From NCBI GenBank assembly GCA_030390025.1, contig CM059432.1, positions 89,592,001-89,652,000 of the forward strand: a stretch of DNA of 60,000 nucleotides, given 5' to 3'. Made by a program: the position numbers and the translations under genes. The notes under the pieces are model-generated. The model saw only the letters and a list, made by a program, of their open reading frames with translations. It did not search any database and was not told the origin of the DNA. Numbering within the stretch: position 1 is the first letter of the stretch; each line of letters starts with the position of its first letter. Origin of the DNA: Squalus acanthias. Taxonomy: Eukaryota. Shown in pieces: positions 47,501 to 60,000 of this stretch.

Positions 47501-48453
47501 ATTGGTACAGAGAATGTGGAATGATTGCAGATTGTGCTTTGACTGCATGATCGTCAAAACGGTTGCAAGTCTGAGCATAGCATTATATGTGTATAATGAT
47601 AATATTTTTCAGTACAAGCATCTCTTCTTGTCAACTAACCTTATGATAATGCTTTGCTAGCATTACATTCTTGTTGAACCGTCACATACTGCTACATAAC
47701 ATAAAATTGCATCATGAACTTGGGTGGTAGTCAGCAGCAGAAAGAAACAGTAGGAGCAGAAAATTTAGACTTGAAATTTAATAATTAGGCAGGCATCCTC
47801 AAAATGATTTTTTTTAAAAAATCAAGATCCTGTATATATGACGAATGAAAATGTATTTGGGCATGTGTTTGATGATGCTGCAATGTTGAGAGTATGAATA
47901 ATGTTCATAAACATTCTTGCAATTTACAGCATATTACCATCCAAACCCCAAAACAACCTTGTCTGTTATTCTCTACATTAGTAAGGAAGTGCACTGATAA
48001 AGGCAACTACACCATTAAAAATACATATGTGTACGGCTACATTCCATATTATGTCATGTGGGTTCTAAAATTTAGCATTAGTCAATTAAATCTACACAAT
48101 CTGTAAAATGCTATAAATGAAAATATCAAATACAAGATAAGTCCTCTCAGTTCATCTAGGTTACACTTGTTAATCTGTTGTGTGTAGAGAACCCCCTCCC
48201 CCAGATCACTCCATTCCCTATTGAGTCAGGAATCTTATAAAATTAGAAATCTGATAAGCGAATGTATGCTAAATTATAGAAACCACAAGCAAATATAATA
48301 TACATTAGATACCTGTACGTGAACTTAAGAACTCTGGGGCTAGCCAGACATCCAAAATGGTCTTTTCTGATCCTGTACATTCCTACGTAATCCAATTTTG
48401 AGATTTAAATGGTTAATTTAAAGAAAGTATGGTATTATTTGAATCCTTCAACC

Positions 48454-49176
48454 TTTTTTATTCTTTCTCGGAATTGGGCGTCATTGAGGGGGCTGACATT
48501 TATTGCTCTTCTCTAGTTGCCATGAGAGGATGGTGAAATCTTGAACCGCTGCAAATGGTTTTTGTTGCAACTGAGTGGCTTGCTGGGCCATTTTAGAGGG
48601 CAGTTAAAAGTCAACCATGTTGGTGTGGGACTGGAGTCACATATAGGCCAGGCTGGGTAATGACAGCTGGTTTCCTTCCCTGAAGGATATTAGTGAACCA
48701 GTTGGATTTTTACAACAATCCAACAGCTTCATGGTCACTTTTACTGATACCAGCTTTTTATTTCCAGATTTTAAAAAAACTGAATTCAAATGAAGGGTTT
48801 TGATAGAGTAATTAAGGAGCAATTGTTTCCACTGGCAGGAGAGTCAATAACCAGAGGACACAGATTTAAGGTAATTGGCAGCGAGTTGTTATGATTTTGA
48901 ATGCACTGCCTGAAAGGGTGGTAGAAGCAGATTCAATAGTAACTTTCAAAAGGGAATTGGATATCTATTTGAAAAGGAAAAAAATGCACAGTTATGGAGA
49001 AAGAGCAAGTGACTGGGATTAATTGGATAGCTCTTTCAAAGAGCCAGCAGAGACATGATGGGCTGAATTGGCTCCTTCTACGCTGTATGATTCCTTCAAA
49101 TTCTCAAAATACCATGGCGGGCTTTGATCTCACATTCTCTGGATTGTTAGTCCAGTAACATAACCACTATGCCACC
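48454..49176 (-). mobile_element. tRNA-headed SINE interrupted by a CR1 3' fragment (48792-49094, plus strand)
   Basis: Head GGTGGCATAGTGGTTATG on the minus strand; homologous to 3965-4193; the CR1 insert is flanked by TSD TTCAAAT (48785-48791, 49095-49101). Confidence 0.75.
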
Positions 49177-52100
49177 ATATCCATGTATCAGTATTCATTA
49201 TTCACTGTATACTCAGGTAGGTTCTATAAGCTGGCATATGCTTACTAACTTTCAAATGTTACATAATTATTCAAGGAGAACATTTATGCATGCTGCGGCA
49301 TGTTGTATTTTCATGTTTTACTACTTTAACTGTGTAAATGTGCCATGTCAAATTTAAAGAGGTTTGTGATAAATCATGTACCTATTAATGTATATCAGAA
49401 CACAGCCCTCCTGAGGACATAGTAACTCCATTGGAAAAGCGTTGCACTCCTAACCAAATGGTTTCAAGTATAAATCCCAGAATTGACTGGCACTTAAGCT
49501 TGTCTGCCCTCATTGGGGGAGTTATGGCAGTTTGCGACAGGGTCACTAGGAGTGGAACTCTCCATTTCAAGTAGGGCAGGCAGAGGACCAACTGGCAGGA
49601 GCGAGCTCTGCTCCTGGGTAGAGCACATCAAGTGGGTAAATGACACAGTCAGAATGATGGTGACAGTGGGGAATTCTGAAGCCAGAATCCTGCCATTCTG
49701 TGTGAAGGACAAAACACAACATTGGCGTGGAGATTGAGGACATGGGGGAAGCGTGGAATAATGTAAAACAAATGTAAACTCTAGACTATTATGCATAAGA
49801 ACTAGACTTCACAGAGAAGTTGAAATAAATATAATTATAATTTTATGTAAATAAAATACAATGCTAATCTCTATATTTTAGGCCTATTTTAATGCAAGCA
49901 ATAACTTAGTCCAATTCCAAATGTTCTTAAGAACTCAATTGGTCAAGTGTTCATTAAATATGTCTATATGCTAAATACCACTTAAGCACCCTATTTTTAT
50001 TAGTGGGACCTTTTATTTATAGGGGAGGTGCTCTGGCACTGAATCTATCCATACAGATTGTAGAGTGATTGTTTAATACACACAGTAAAATAATAGAACG
50101 TCTTACCTGACACATGCGTCTTCCCATTAAGATGCCTCTGTGTATGTGTTTATGTATGCACACATGTGTATATATAAAATGTATAAACACACAGAAGCAG
50201 ACCAGATGTCTAGCTGTGATTTATTTTTCTTCCACAAGAATAACTGATTAGAAAATGTGAAGTTACAAAATGCACTTTCAGTTATTTCATTAAATAATGT
50301 AATTCAGGGTTCTGATAGATCCATAGAAACACTATTACCAACAACTTCCTGTAGTAAATGAAATTTAAAAAAAATCATTGTCTAGGAAGCATCAAATTTA
50401 CTTAATGCAGTTTAATAAAATTGGTGTAACCTAATACTGTTATACCGCAGTATACTGAGCACAATGTTGTAGAGTTAGCTTTTGTTAAATTAAGGGATCT
50501 AGAAGTCAGTCACAGTGTGACATTCTTTATATGACTGTGTCTGGGGCATAATATGACAGGAAAAATATAATGTTTGGTGAATGACAGTTTCTAGATTTGT
50601 GTTGCCCGAGGTGGTTCAGCTGAACAATAAACTGTAATTTGATTGATGGGAAATTGAAGTGGTTCATCTAACATGCCAGTCCGTCTTACCCCAGGCTTTA
50701 CCACTGCACGTATGATGATGTATCACAGTTTTAGGAGTAATGTCATTTGTATTGTGTGATATGATTTTGTGCATAAAATGAAGATTTGATTGTACTGTAA
50801 TGATCTAAATCAGCTGCGGATTAGCAAGAGAACACATTTTATTGGGGAGGTGAGAGCAAAGCTGGATTTGCTCCAATTGTGTAGGCCAATTACAAGTGAG
50901 GCCACAAGAGCATTAATACAGTGCTAATATTCATACAGAAAAAGCAGCCTTTCTACTGGCTGAGGAGTTGTACCTCATAGTCATAAGGACATCATCAAAG
51001 AGCAGCTCAGAAGAGCCAATCAGATACAGAGCCAATAGTCACCTGATTCTGACTGCAGTAGTTTCTGGTTTCTGTCAAATTAATCTTGCACGAAAAACAT
51101 CGTGTGTCGTCACACTACATAATGACTGCTCCTGAGACAAGAATGTTCAGTTGTGTTCCCAAAACAGTAGTGTTTTCAATTTAAGAAAAAAAATACTTCT
51201 ATTTAAGCATGGGTAACATTAGAAGGCATTATAGAAACAAATAATAACCAGTAAACTCTGTTAATTGTTTCTGTGTTTATATTAATATGTTGTATGTCAT
51301 AGGGACAACTACATGGATAAACAGACACCTATTAACCCTATTTGGATCTATACTCTAATATGACTGTGTTTTCTAACATTGGATAAAATGTTTAATAAGA
51401 TTCATACAATTCAAATTATTGAACTATTGAAATATTGCATTGGAAAGATTTTGCTTCTTATCACTATAGCTGCTCATTTTTCATTTGAATACATCAATTT
51501 TATCATTTTTATTGCAGGAATTGAACCTTTTTGTTTCTTTGACAGAGATATCTATTCCTAACCCAAACAAAAAAGTGGTGCAGGCACTCCTATATGTTCT
51601 AACTCAATTATATCTTTGGCCATTTTATTAACTTTATGCTGAACTGGTAGAAATATTTACTACAGCTCAGCATAGGACTTAGTGAAAGGAACTAGATTTA
51701 ATTCATTTTAGTTTTTAACAACTTTTTTTTAAATCTGGAAGTGCATTCTTTATGATGAATGTTCTATTTCAAAACAAGTTTTTAATTTCTAGAGACCTTT
51801 TTCAATATTCAAACTGAAATTATATCATTCCAAAAATATTCAATTAAAACCAACTGGTTGCCAAAACACCACTCCTGCTTTTCTAATGCTTTTGTAATGT
51901 GTGCAGTGCAAGGTAGAAGATTAAATAATATGCACATTAGCTTTTTATTCCACCCCCGCCCCCCCTGTTTTCTCTTCCTTATCTCAAATCCATACTATCC
52001 TCATCCATGGACAAGGAGGATGGGACTGATCCACCCACAAGTCCCTCAGCAAATGGTGTCAAGATTGCTCTTTAGATGACTTGCCAGAAGGTACATGCTT

Positions 52101-52416
52101 GAGGGGCACTGCCACTAGACAGCTTTCCACTCTTCCCACAGGCAGTGACACATTTCAGATTGAAGCTCACCCAATTTGAGAAGCCCAAGTGCACACAGCA
52201 GTCTAGCTGAGGATATAAGAATGATTTTCTAGCCCACGGACCGTTGGATCTTTAAGACACACTAATTTCATTTGGGAACTTTTATTTATCAGTATTCTTT
52301 TTTGTCTTAGAACTTCCTCAAAACAATCATTTACTGTCACTGTTGTAAGTATATTCCACAATTGAATATGATACAAGCTTCAAAAATATTCTGTACTCTG
52401 ACATTTAAACCTTTAA

Positions 52417-52861
52417 AGGGAAGTAATTTCTGTCAAATTGTCTTATAATCCTAATGTTATAAAGGGAGATATATGTATACTCACGGATGTTTCTTAGTTA
52501 CCCCTTGTAACTATATTTTATGCTTTAGATTTGCTAGTTATAAGCAGCCTGGGAGCCGACATTTTGTGTCGAACTCCCCCTGATGTGACATAATGAAGTT
52601 TTGCTCCAGTGGCAGTCTTTCTGGGGATTGCAGCTCATGGTCCACTGTTCCCATTCATGATGTCACTGAAACAAAACCCTGTGAATTCACATCAAGGGCA
52701 GTTCTATACAAAATGTCTGCTCCCAGGCCGCTTATAACCAGCAAGTCTAAAGCATAAAACATAGTAACAAGCGGTGACTGAGAAACATCAGTACATTTAT
52801 AGATATATTCCTTCATAATATTTAAGGATTATGACACATTTTAATAGAATATATTTCTCCT
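52417..52861. mobile_element. Palindromic non-autonomous DNA transposon, Kolobok/T2-MITE-like
   Basis: TTAA|AGG ... CCT|TTAA termini; ~200-bp inverted arms, e.g. TTTTATGCTTTAGATTTGCTAGTTATAAGCAGCCTGGGAGC versus GCTCCCAGGCCGCTTATAACCAGCAAGTCTAAAGCATAAAA. Confidence 0.8.
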
Positions 52862-55800
52862 TTAAGGGTCTTCAGAATATTTATTATCCCAGTGAACTTA
52901 AATGCAGTAACACATACCACCATGCAAAGAAAATACCTATAGTACAAATGTGTTTGATTTTGTTACGTTGAAGTAGATATATTTTCCCATGCCGATGCCT
53001 TTTGTATTGAGTCTGCATTGCAATAGATGATACACATGAAGATAACAATGATGTTTTCTCGCAAGATTACACATTAACCACTGAAATAAATGGTCCAAGG
53101 TCAACAAGCAAACATCAAAGGGCCAGGTAAAGATTTCATTTGTGGTCTTAACTAGTTACAGTTGACCTATCACCATTGTCATGATTTTCATGGTTTACAA
53201 TGGGTTGAATAGAGAGAAGAGAACCGCCCATTAATTATGTGTTTTATATACTGTGCTTTGTTACTGTATCATGATATTCCTAATTGTAGCCAGATTGAAT
53301 CTGCAGCAACTACAATTGTTAGACATGTGTACAGCAGATCTTCCCTTAAAGATGACTGCACAATTATTTCATATTAATAACATCTACTCTTTTTAAGCAG
53401 TAGTTTTGTAAATCAATCTGTCTAGGATAATTGAACATAGGTAGAAATATTCTGAAATTATTCTTAAGACATCAGAATAAATTAATTGCACAGAGTCACG
53501 TGAAATACTGCAACAGATGTACAGCAGTTATATAGAAACACTTCAAATGGTATCTCAGTCATTGTCATTTCTGAGGTTCTGGAAAAATTCACTTCTGGTA
53601 GCTTGGCTTCAGAATGATCAAATCATTGCAGTCATGCTGAAAATGGCTCTCATTAAATTTGAAATGATGTGATAATATTTGGACAAATTAATTTTTTGTT
53701 CATTTTAGAACACTTAGTCCAAATTAATTTCGACTCTTGTGTTTATTGACATTGCTTCCAACGTGATGACTGTGACATTCATTTCCCCAACACATGGATT
53801 AATGTCTCTTTTTTTTAATTACTTCACCTAGGCAGGTGTTTCCTGTCTAAATCTGACATGAAATTAAACACAGCTCCAGATGTTTTGTCTGTAGAGCAGC
53901 CAGCTAAGTTTATTAGAACATTTAATCACAGGTCAACAAATCAGTATAACAGAAATACACTGTGCACAAAGCAGACATGTAACAAATCCGCCTCAGTACA
54001 AAAGAATCAGAAAGCCACGGGTAGTTTCATCTGCGTACTGATCAGATCACTCACCATGCACTGCAATTTCTTGCCTGTGTTGCTGAGCATTTAGAAAATC
54101 CCTGATGTCGCGTATCTTTTGAGTCCAGAATTGGCCCCAGCAACACTGAGCTTATGTGCATAGTGCAGTTGAGCTCCGTGGCATTCACTTATTAAACTCG
54201 AGTAGTGGTTTGCATACTATGTAACCGAAGTAACCAAACAGATGTAACGACTCCTCTTTGATGAATGATTTGTTTTACTTGCCTGTACAATGAATGGAGT
54301 TTTGTGGCTTTATAGAATGATTTTTCAAATAAATATTTTATAATGCTGTTGATTAAATATTCTGACTGCTTGACAGTTAGTAAATACAATGTAAGTCACG
54401 TCTGTTTAAACAAATATTTTTCTAAATTATTCATTTTTACAGATCAGTTTTACTAGATGCCATATTGTTGAAAGTCAGTCAAGTATTTGTTTTAGTGCTG
54501 CTGCGTCAGTTTCAGAGCTGGACAAATTCATCATTTACTTAAAACAAGTGTTAACTTAAGCACCGCCATCATACATTTCAACACAAAATGTGCATCGTCC
54601 CACAGTCGTTTAGAGTACACTGTGCCTGGTGTATGTGTGGAAAACAGTATGAATTATAGCAATGGATGGATATTGATGTTAAGTGGACCTCTATCTTTTA
54701 TTTATTATCGTAAAACAAAGTTAACATGGATAAAACAAGATTAAAACTGGAAATTTCTGTTTAATAATCAAATAGCCATTCTCTTTAAAAATAAAACAAA
54801 ATCATGGTTTTCCCAAAACATTTTTGACTACAGCAGCTCACTTTGACACCCTGGACAGTATGTTCAGAACTCATTTGTTTGAGCGGTTTTAATCTGAGGA
54901 CATTGAAAAGTTACACCCGCTGTGATGTCGTCAATCACACCAGGAGGAAAAATCGTGGCATGATTTGTTATCTGTTATTTCCCTTGCTGTGGTGACTATC
55001 TCCCAGTGCCAGGCCTGTCCTTAAGGCCATCACTTATAGGGACCACTGTCTGTCAAAACCACAGCCAACTTTAAGGCTGCCTTTGTTGCTGCAGACAAAT
55101 GAGTATGACCTTTAACAATAAAATAGGCACCTACTGAGGGAGATGAAACAGCAGCTGAAATTAAGAACACCACATAGTCATTTCAAACACTCAAGAAAAG
55201 TTAGATTTTGAACTATAACTTAATTATAGGAGTAAATGTGGACAGATGTTGTCAATAATGAAACATACATGGTCAGGGACATTGATTAACAGCTAGGAAT
55301 AAAACTTCATTCATCCAGGAATGATCCTCCAATTTATTAATTATGAATGATATTGATAGAAAATATAACAAAAAGATGAAGTTATTTCAGTTGAAGGTTC
55401 ATCTGCTTTATTCTATCACATGAATTACAAGTCTCCAATTCATTTTATGAATATTCTAGAAGGGCAAAGAGAAAGATAAGAACGTGTACAACCTTTGATT
55501 TGCACTAATAGCTACTTCAAAAGATCTCCAGAAAGTGCATCTGTCGGAGCAGTCATTGGATGTGGAACTGTCATCAATATTTTGTAGTGTTTCAAAGCAC
55601 AGCCTGAGCTTTCGAGGAGCAGCAAGTGCAAAAGACCACAGCACAGTTTGTGGTTTTGAAAGTCTCTTGTAACCAAACCTGCCAAGTGATCAGCAGAAAA
55701 AACATTTTACAGTGCAATGGAAATCAATTGAGCACTTTTCAGGTAATATAATACTCTTCATGTGACATTAAAGAAATTAGTGTAAAATATTGTTTAACTG

Positions 55801-58800
55801 TTGAAGCAACAATGTGAGCATGTAGTTGTCATTTTTTTATTTGTGCTTTATCAATGAAGGGTTATAATTCATTTAATTATTTAAATAATCAACATTTCAT
55901 TCATTTGCATGTTTGTTTTCATCCAAAATATTAGAATCTTGGTTGGTAATATTACAAATTAATAGTGTTGATTTCAATCATTAATTTTGTTTCACAACTT
56001 TTTCATTGAAGCCTAAGTGTGATACTCAGACAGTTAAAAGCTCTCAGTAAGTCTACAATAAGTTGAATGTATGGAAGCTATCGGGTCCTTTCTACTTCAG
56101 ATTCCTATCTCAAGGATAGTGCTGATACAAGTGTTGTGCCAGTTGTATGTATAGTGAAACCAAAGCCACTGTGTATTTCTGTGCAATCTGCTGTCACATT
56201 AGAAGATTGTGTCAAGAATGTTGATTCTTTTGACCAGATTTGCTTTGCGTGTTGCAATTCAGATATGTTTTTAATCTGTTGCTAAAAAAATTGGTTTTAT
56301 AAGTAATTGTGTTGAATTGAATTAAAATTACATAGCAGTCATGCTGTTTTTCCTAATCTCCATAAACTTGAAAAGTTCCAAAATTCTGATATTGGACAAT
56401 GATATTGCTGTAGTCCTGAAACATTTAAAGCTACAGGGCCTGAAATCCAAATTGGATCTGCCTACATATTTAATGCAGCACAAATCCTTACTGCTCATCT
56501 GATTTTTCTTAAAGGCATTTGAAGTTGCACAGTACATAAGTAACTGAAGCATCTCCAGAGCCTAATTATTATACAGCAACCCTTTTGGCATTTTAAATCA
56601 GAAATAAGTGATGCCTTGATTAACCAATGCTTTGTTGGTGGGAATGTTTGTTTAAAGGAGACATTTCTTTCTGCCAACAATATATCCCTATACCTCTACA
56701 TTCTTTACTTAGTAGGAATATTTGGACAAAGGGAACATTATTTTCACCTTGGGGATGTTCCTGTTCAGAAGCTCCTGCTGTATTTGTTTCTGATGATGCT
56801 GATGATAGATCACTGTGCAGATTAACCAAATGTTAAATCGAGCTGCTCTGCTGTCACTCTACAGTAAAACCTGTTAGTACAGCCATTGTAGATATTTGCC
56901 AAAGTAAATGTGGAAACTTTGGAAGTTTTTATCCAAAAAATGTTCCCGAAGCCAGAAGTCTCTGAAAAGTCTCTTTTTAGTAAACAGGACATCTAATGTT
57001 TGGAATTTAGCAGTTTGACACACGCTGGGGTAGATCTTGACTTTGTGCATTTGTGTAAAACAGGTGATAGCGAGTCAGCAGCCCATTTTACATCTTTGAT
57101 TTTTGTTTCCATTGGCACAAAGTCCCCACTGAGTTTGGATTTCAGCTTAGGTCTACCAGCCTAATACAAATTTGAACTGCTGTTATAATGTAGCAGTTCG
57201 CTGACTTTCATCCACACAGATTGCGGATGTTGTTGCCTCAGTCACATAGAAATAGACAGCATTATGATCATTCTGCACTAACATAAACAATTAACTGTTT
57301 AAAGTTTTACTGGTGGCAACTTAACATGAATTTGTAAAACTATGTGCCAAATTGATAATTTGTATATGATCATTGTGCATTCTGGGGAACATTGAACTTG
57401 CATGCCCAAAATGTCATTTTCCATTTTTGTAGTTTCGCTCTGCTTCGAAATGTTTTTTAAGTGTACGTCTTGATGCTAACTGGTGCCACTGCCACCATTT
57501 TGACTTCTAAACCAGAAAGTAATGGGCACGACCTTTTCTGGTAGATTGAATTATCATTCCCTCTTTCTTTATGTATCTGAATATAAAGTAGAACTCTCAT
57601 GTTTTGGGGGAGAAGAAGTTTTTTTGTAGGATAGTAAGAGTTGGAATGTTGGAAAATAAATAGTACACTTTTAATTAGATGTATTTAGACCTGGCAGGTT
57701 GTTGATGGTAGAATCACAACCTCAGCCATTCTGTCACCAACAATGTCAACTAAGTATTATCACTGTGTTGAACAAGCAATTTAGTGGAATATCAGTGGAG
57801 GAGGGCAAAACCAGGTTTTAATACAGTTACAGCAGCTTGAAAAATACTGACTACATCTCTGGCTACATCGAGTGCCGATACAGCATCTCTCATATATTGG
57901 CACTGTAAACGTCTGTACAACTGCCACTTAAATGTTTATAAAGAGGGATTATTTATACCTGTTCGCAGCACAGGGTTATGATACAAGCCTTCCTTTGCTG
58001 GAGGATATATATATTTTACTGAAGCATCATCCCTTCCTTAGTGGATTTTATGAAGCTGCAGTTTCAGAAAAGAAAACCCAGCGCAGCATGCTCCAAAGAT
58101 TCCACTTTATTTACATTCAAAGATCTGCCTACTTGGCCTGATTCCAATGTCAACATCCCATTCTGCACTAGTAGAATGATCCATTCAAGACTTCTGGTAG
58201 CAAAAAGGCTTATCAGATTTGCCTGGAGGACTAGAGTACCACCTTCAGATTCTTATTGGTCTTAGGCTGCACTTATACTGCAACTTACATTGTTTTAAAG
58301 CAGTTTTTAATGCACATTGATGCAAAAGTGTTATTATGTCCCAGAATGTTACCGGGTTTACCAAAGCACTGAGGTGTAAGACCCTTCCAGAAAGTTCTCT
58401 ACCATCAATTTAAGTTTGCAAAGAGTACAGTATAACTCCAGCCTCAGAAAAAAATACCTTGGAATGTTTGAAGTTCAGAAGTGGGGAGGAGCATTAATTT
58501 ATTACATCAAAGCCAAGAGAAAATTAAAATGATTCAGGAGTGAGGCTGAGCATGATGTTGGACTGTTAATAAGTGAGCTTCATGAGGATGGGGTTGACTA
58601 ATTATCGGCAATGTAATAGGACATATGTGTATAATGCTATATGGTGGAGGTACAATTATTTACCCTCTCCCTCTATTTCATATGGGGATGTGTATGATAA
58701 AATCAATAATAGTCTATTCCAAAAATATAACCATAATTTGTGATGGAATAATATCATAATGTCATTTATGACATTTCACCAGGATGATGACTCCCTCTTT

Positions 58801-59529
58801 AAAAACAATTTGTTTTAATAACTGCTGAAGTGTATCTACTCACAAACAACTTCCACAAAATTTACTTTTACAGTAATGCTGCCAGGCCTCTTCTGGTGCC
58901 ATGCTTCAGCTGTCCACCAGGAGGTGATAGAGAGCATCTTTGGGTTATTCCCTCTGATTTGTCTCTCCCTCCCCATGGAGATGTGTTGGGTACTTTCCCT
59001 TTTGAGGTTGATAACTTACCACATGGGCAATTGTGGCTACAACCCAACATCCTACCAAACTAGTGGATTGCATTTTGAGGCTTCTGTGCATCACACCACC
59101 ATGCACATAATATAAGGGATTTGTTTCCAAATTGATTTAAGACATTTGATTGAGAAATCCTTAATAAAGCTATAGTTGTGCTGTGTGGACTTCAACAGCA
59201 TAAGACCTTGGAGGTATGCTGCTTAAATATTAATGTGCAAACACTTAACACAGTCATATGAAATTCCTTTGTCTACTATTAAGGCATAACAGGGGTAACT
59301 TTCACCTTCATCATTTGTGCAGTAAAATGATGGAGCGGAACACCTGCCTGTTTTGATTTCAATGGTAGTGAAAATCTGGCAAGTTCTAGAACAAGTGGAC
59401 AATCCATTCCACCAGTTTATCATCCAAGCAGTTTAAAAGAGATGGGTTAATGTTAAAAAAGTAGAAAAGGAATTTCATATGAAGAAACAAAGCATTCATA
59501 CATGAATATTCAAATAGAGTAATTTCATG

Positions 59530-59946
59530 GCCTAAGATTTGTCTTTGAGCAAGAAGGTTGCGTTCAACCCTACTCCAGGCCTTGAGTGCAATCTAAACTG
59601 ACAATCTGGTGCAGCACTGAGGGAATGCTGCACTGTTCAAGGTGCCGTCTTTTGGACAAGACCTTAAAGTGAGGTTCTATCTGCCTGTTCAGATGGATGT
59701 AAAAGATTCCATGGCACTTTTTTGAAGACCAGGGAGTCCTGGCCAACATACATCCCTCAAACAACATCATCAAAACAGATTAATTGTCATCCATCTAATT
59801 GCTATTTGCAGATCTTTGCTGTGTGCAAATTGGATGCCAACTTTGACTGCAAAACATTGATGATTAAAAATAGTTAAAAGCTATGAAGTGCATTGGGACA
59901 TCCTGAGATCAGGAAATACATTGTATAAATGAAAGTTCTTTCTTTT
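59530..59946 (+). mobile_element. Older Deu-domain SINE
   Basis: Diverged homolog of 27749-28125 (CTGAGGGAATGCTGCACTG, CCATGGCACT, GTGCAAATTGG, L2-like tail). Confidence 0.75.
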
Positions 59947-60000
59947 CCTACACCTCTGAGGAGCTCTGTATAACTTCTATACATGCACACTAATGTAGAT

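Noticed and set aside
55456..59423. Short ORFs in the AT-rich right end as exons
   Set aside because: No recognisable domains or consistent splice-site pairs; lengths are as expected by chance.

Overview
Eukaryotic (vertebrate) non-coding DNA. The repeat content (CR1 LINEs with (TTCTATG)n tails, L2 LINEs, tRNA-headed Deu-type SINEs with L2 tails, many PIF/Harbinger elements) suggests a cartilaginous fish; this is inference. About 1-41.4 kb is a dense, deeply nested transposon array. It holds at least four Harbinger remnants (DDE transposase plus a spliced Myb/SANT gene), about ten Harbinger-type MITEs with 3-bp TSDs, one nearly intact full-length CR1 (ORF1 esterase, ORF2 APE-RT, 147-bp tandem 5' monomers), several truncated CR1/L2 copies and SINEs. 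About 41.4-60 kb is AT-rich and repeat-poor. It contains a CpG-retaining patch with a candidate minus-strand start-codon exon (44377-44562) and a 445-bp TTAA-flanked palindromic Kolobok-like element. No complete host gene, RNA gene or CRISPR array is recognisable. The most unusual structure is an inverted pair of Harbinger copies in which one copy carries a 265-bp antisense insertion that is about 98% identical to the other copy, a possible self-silencing hairpin locus. All coordinates and identities were read by eye.
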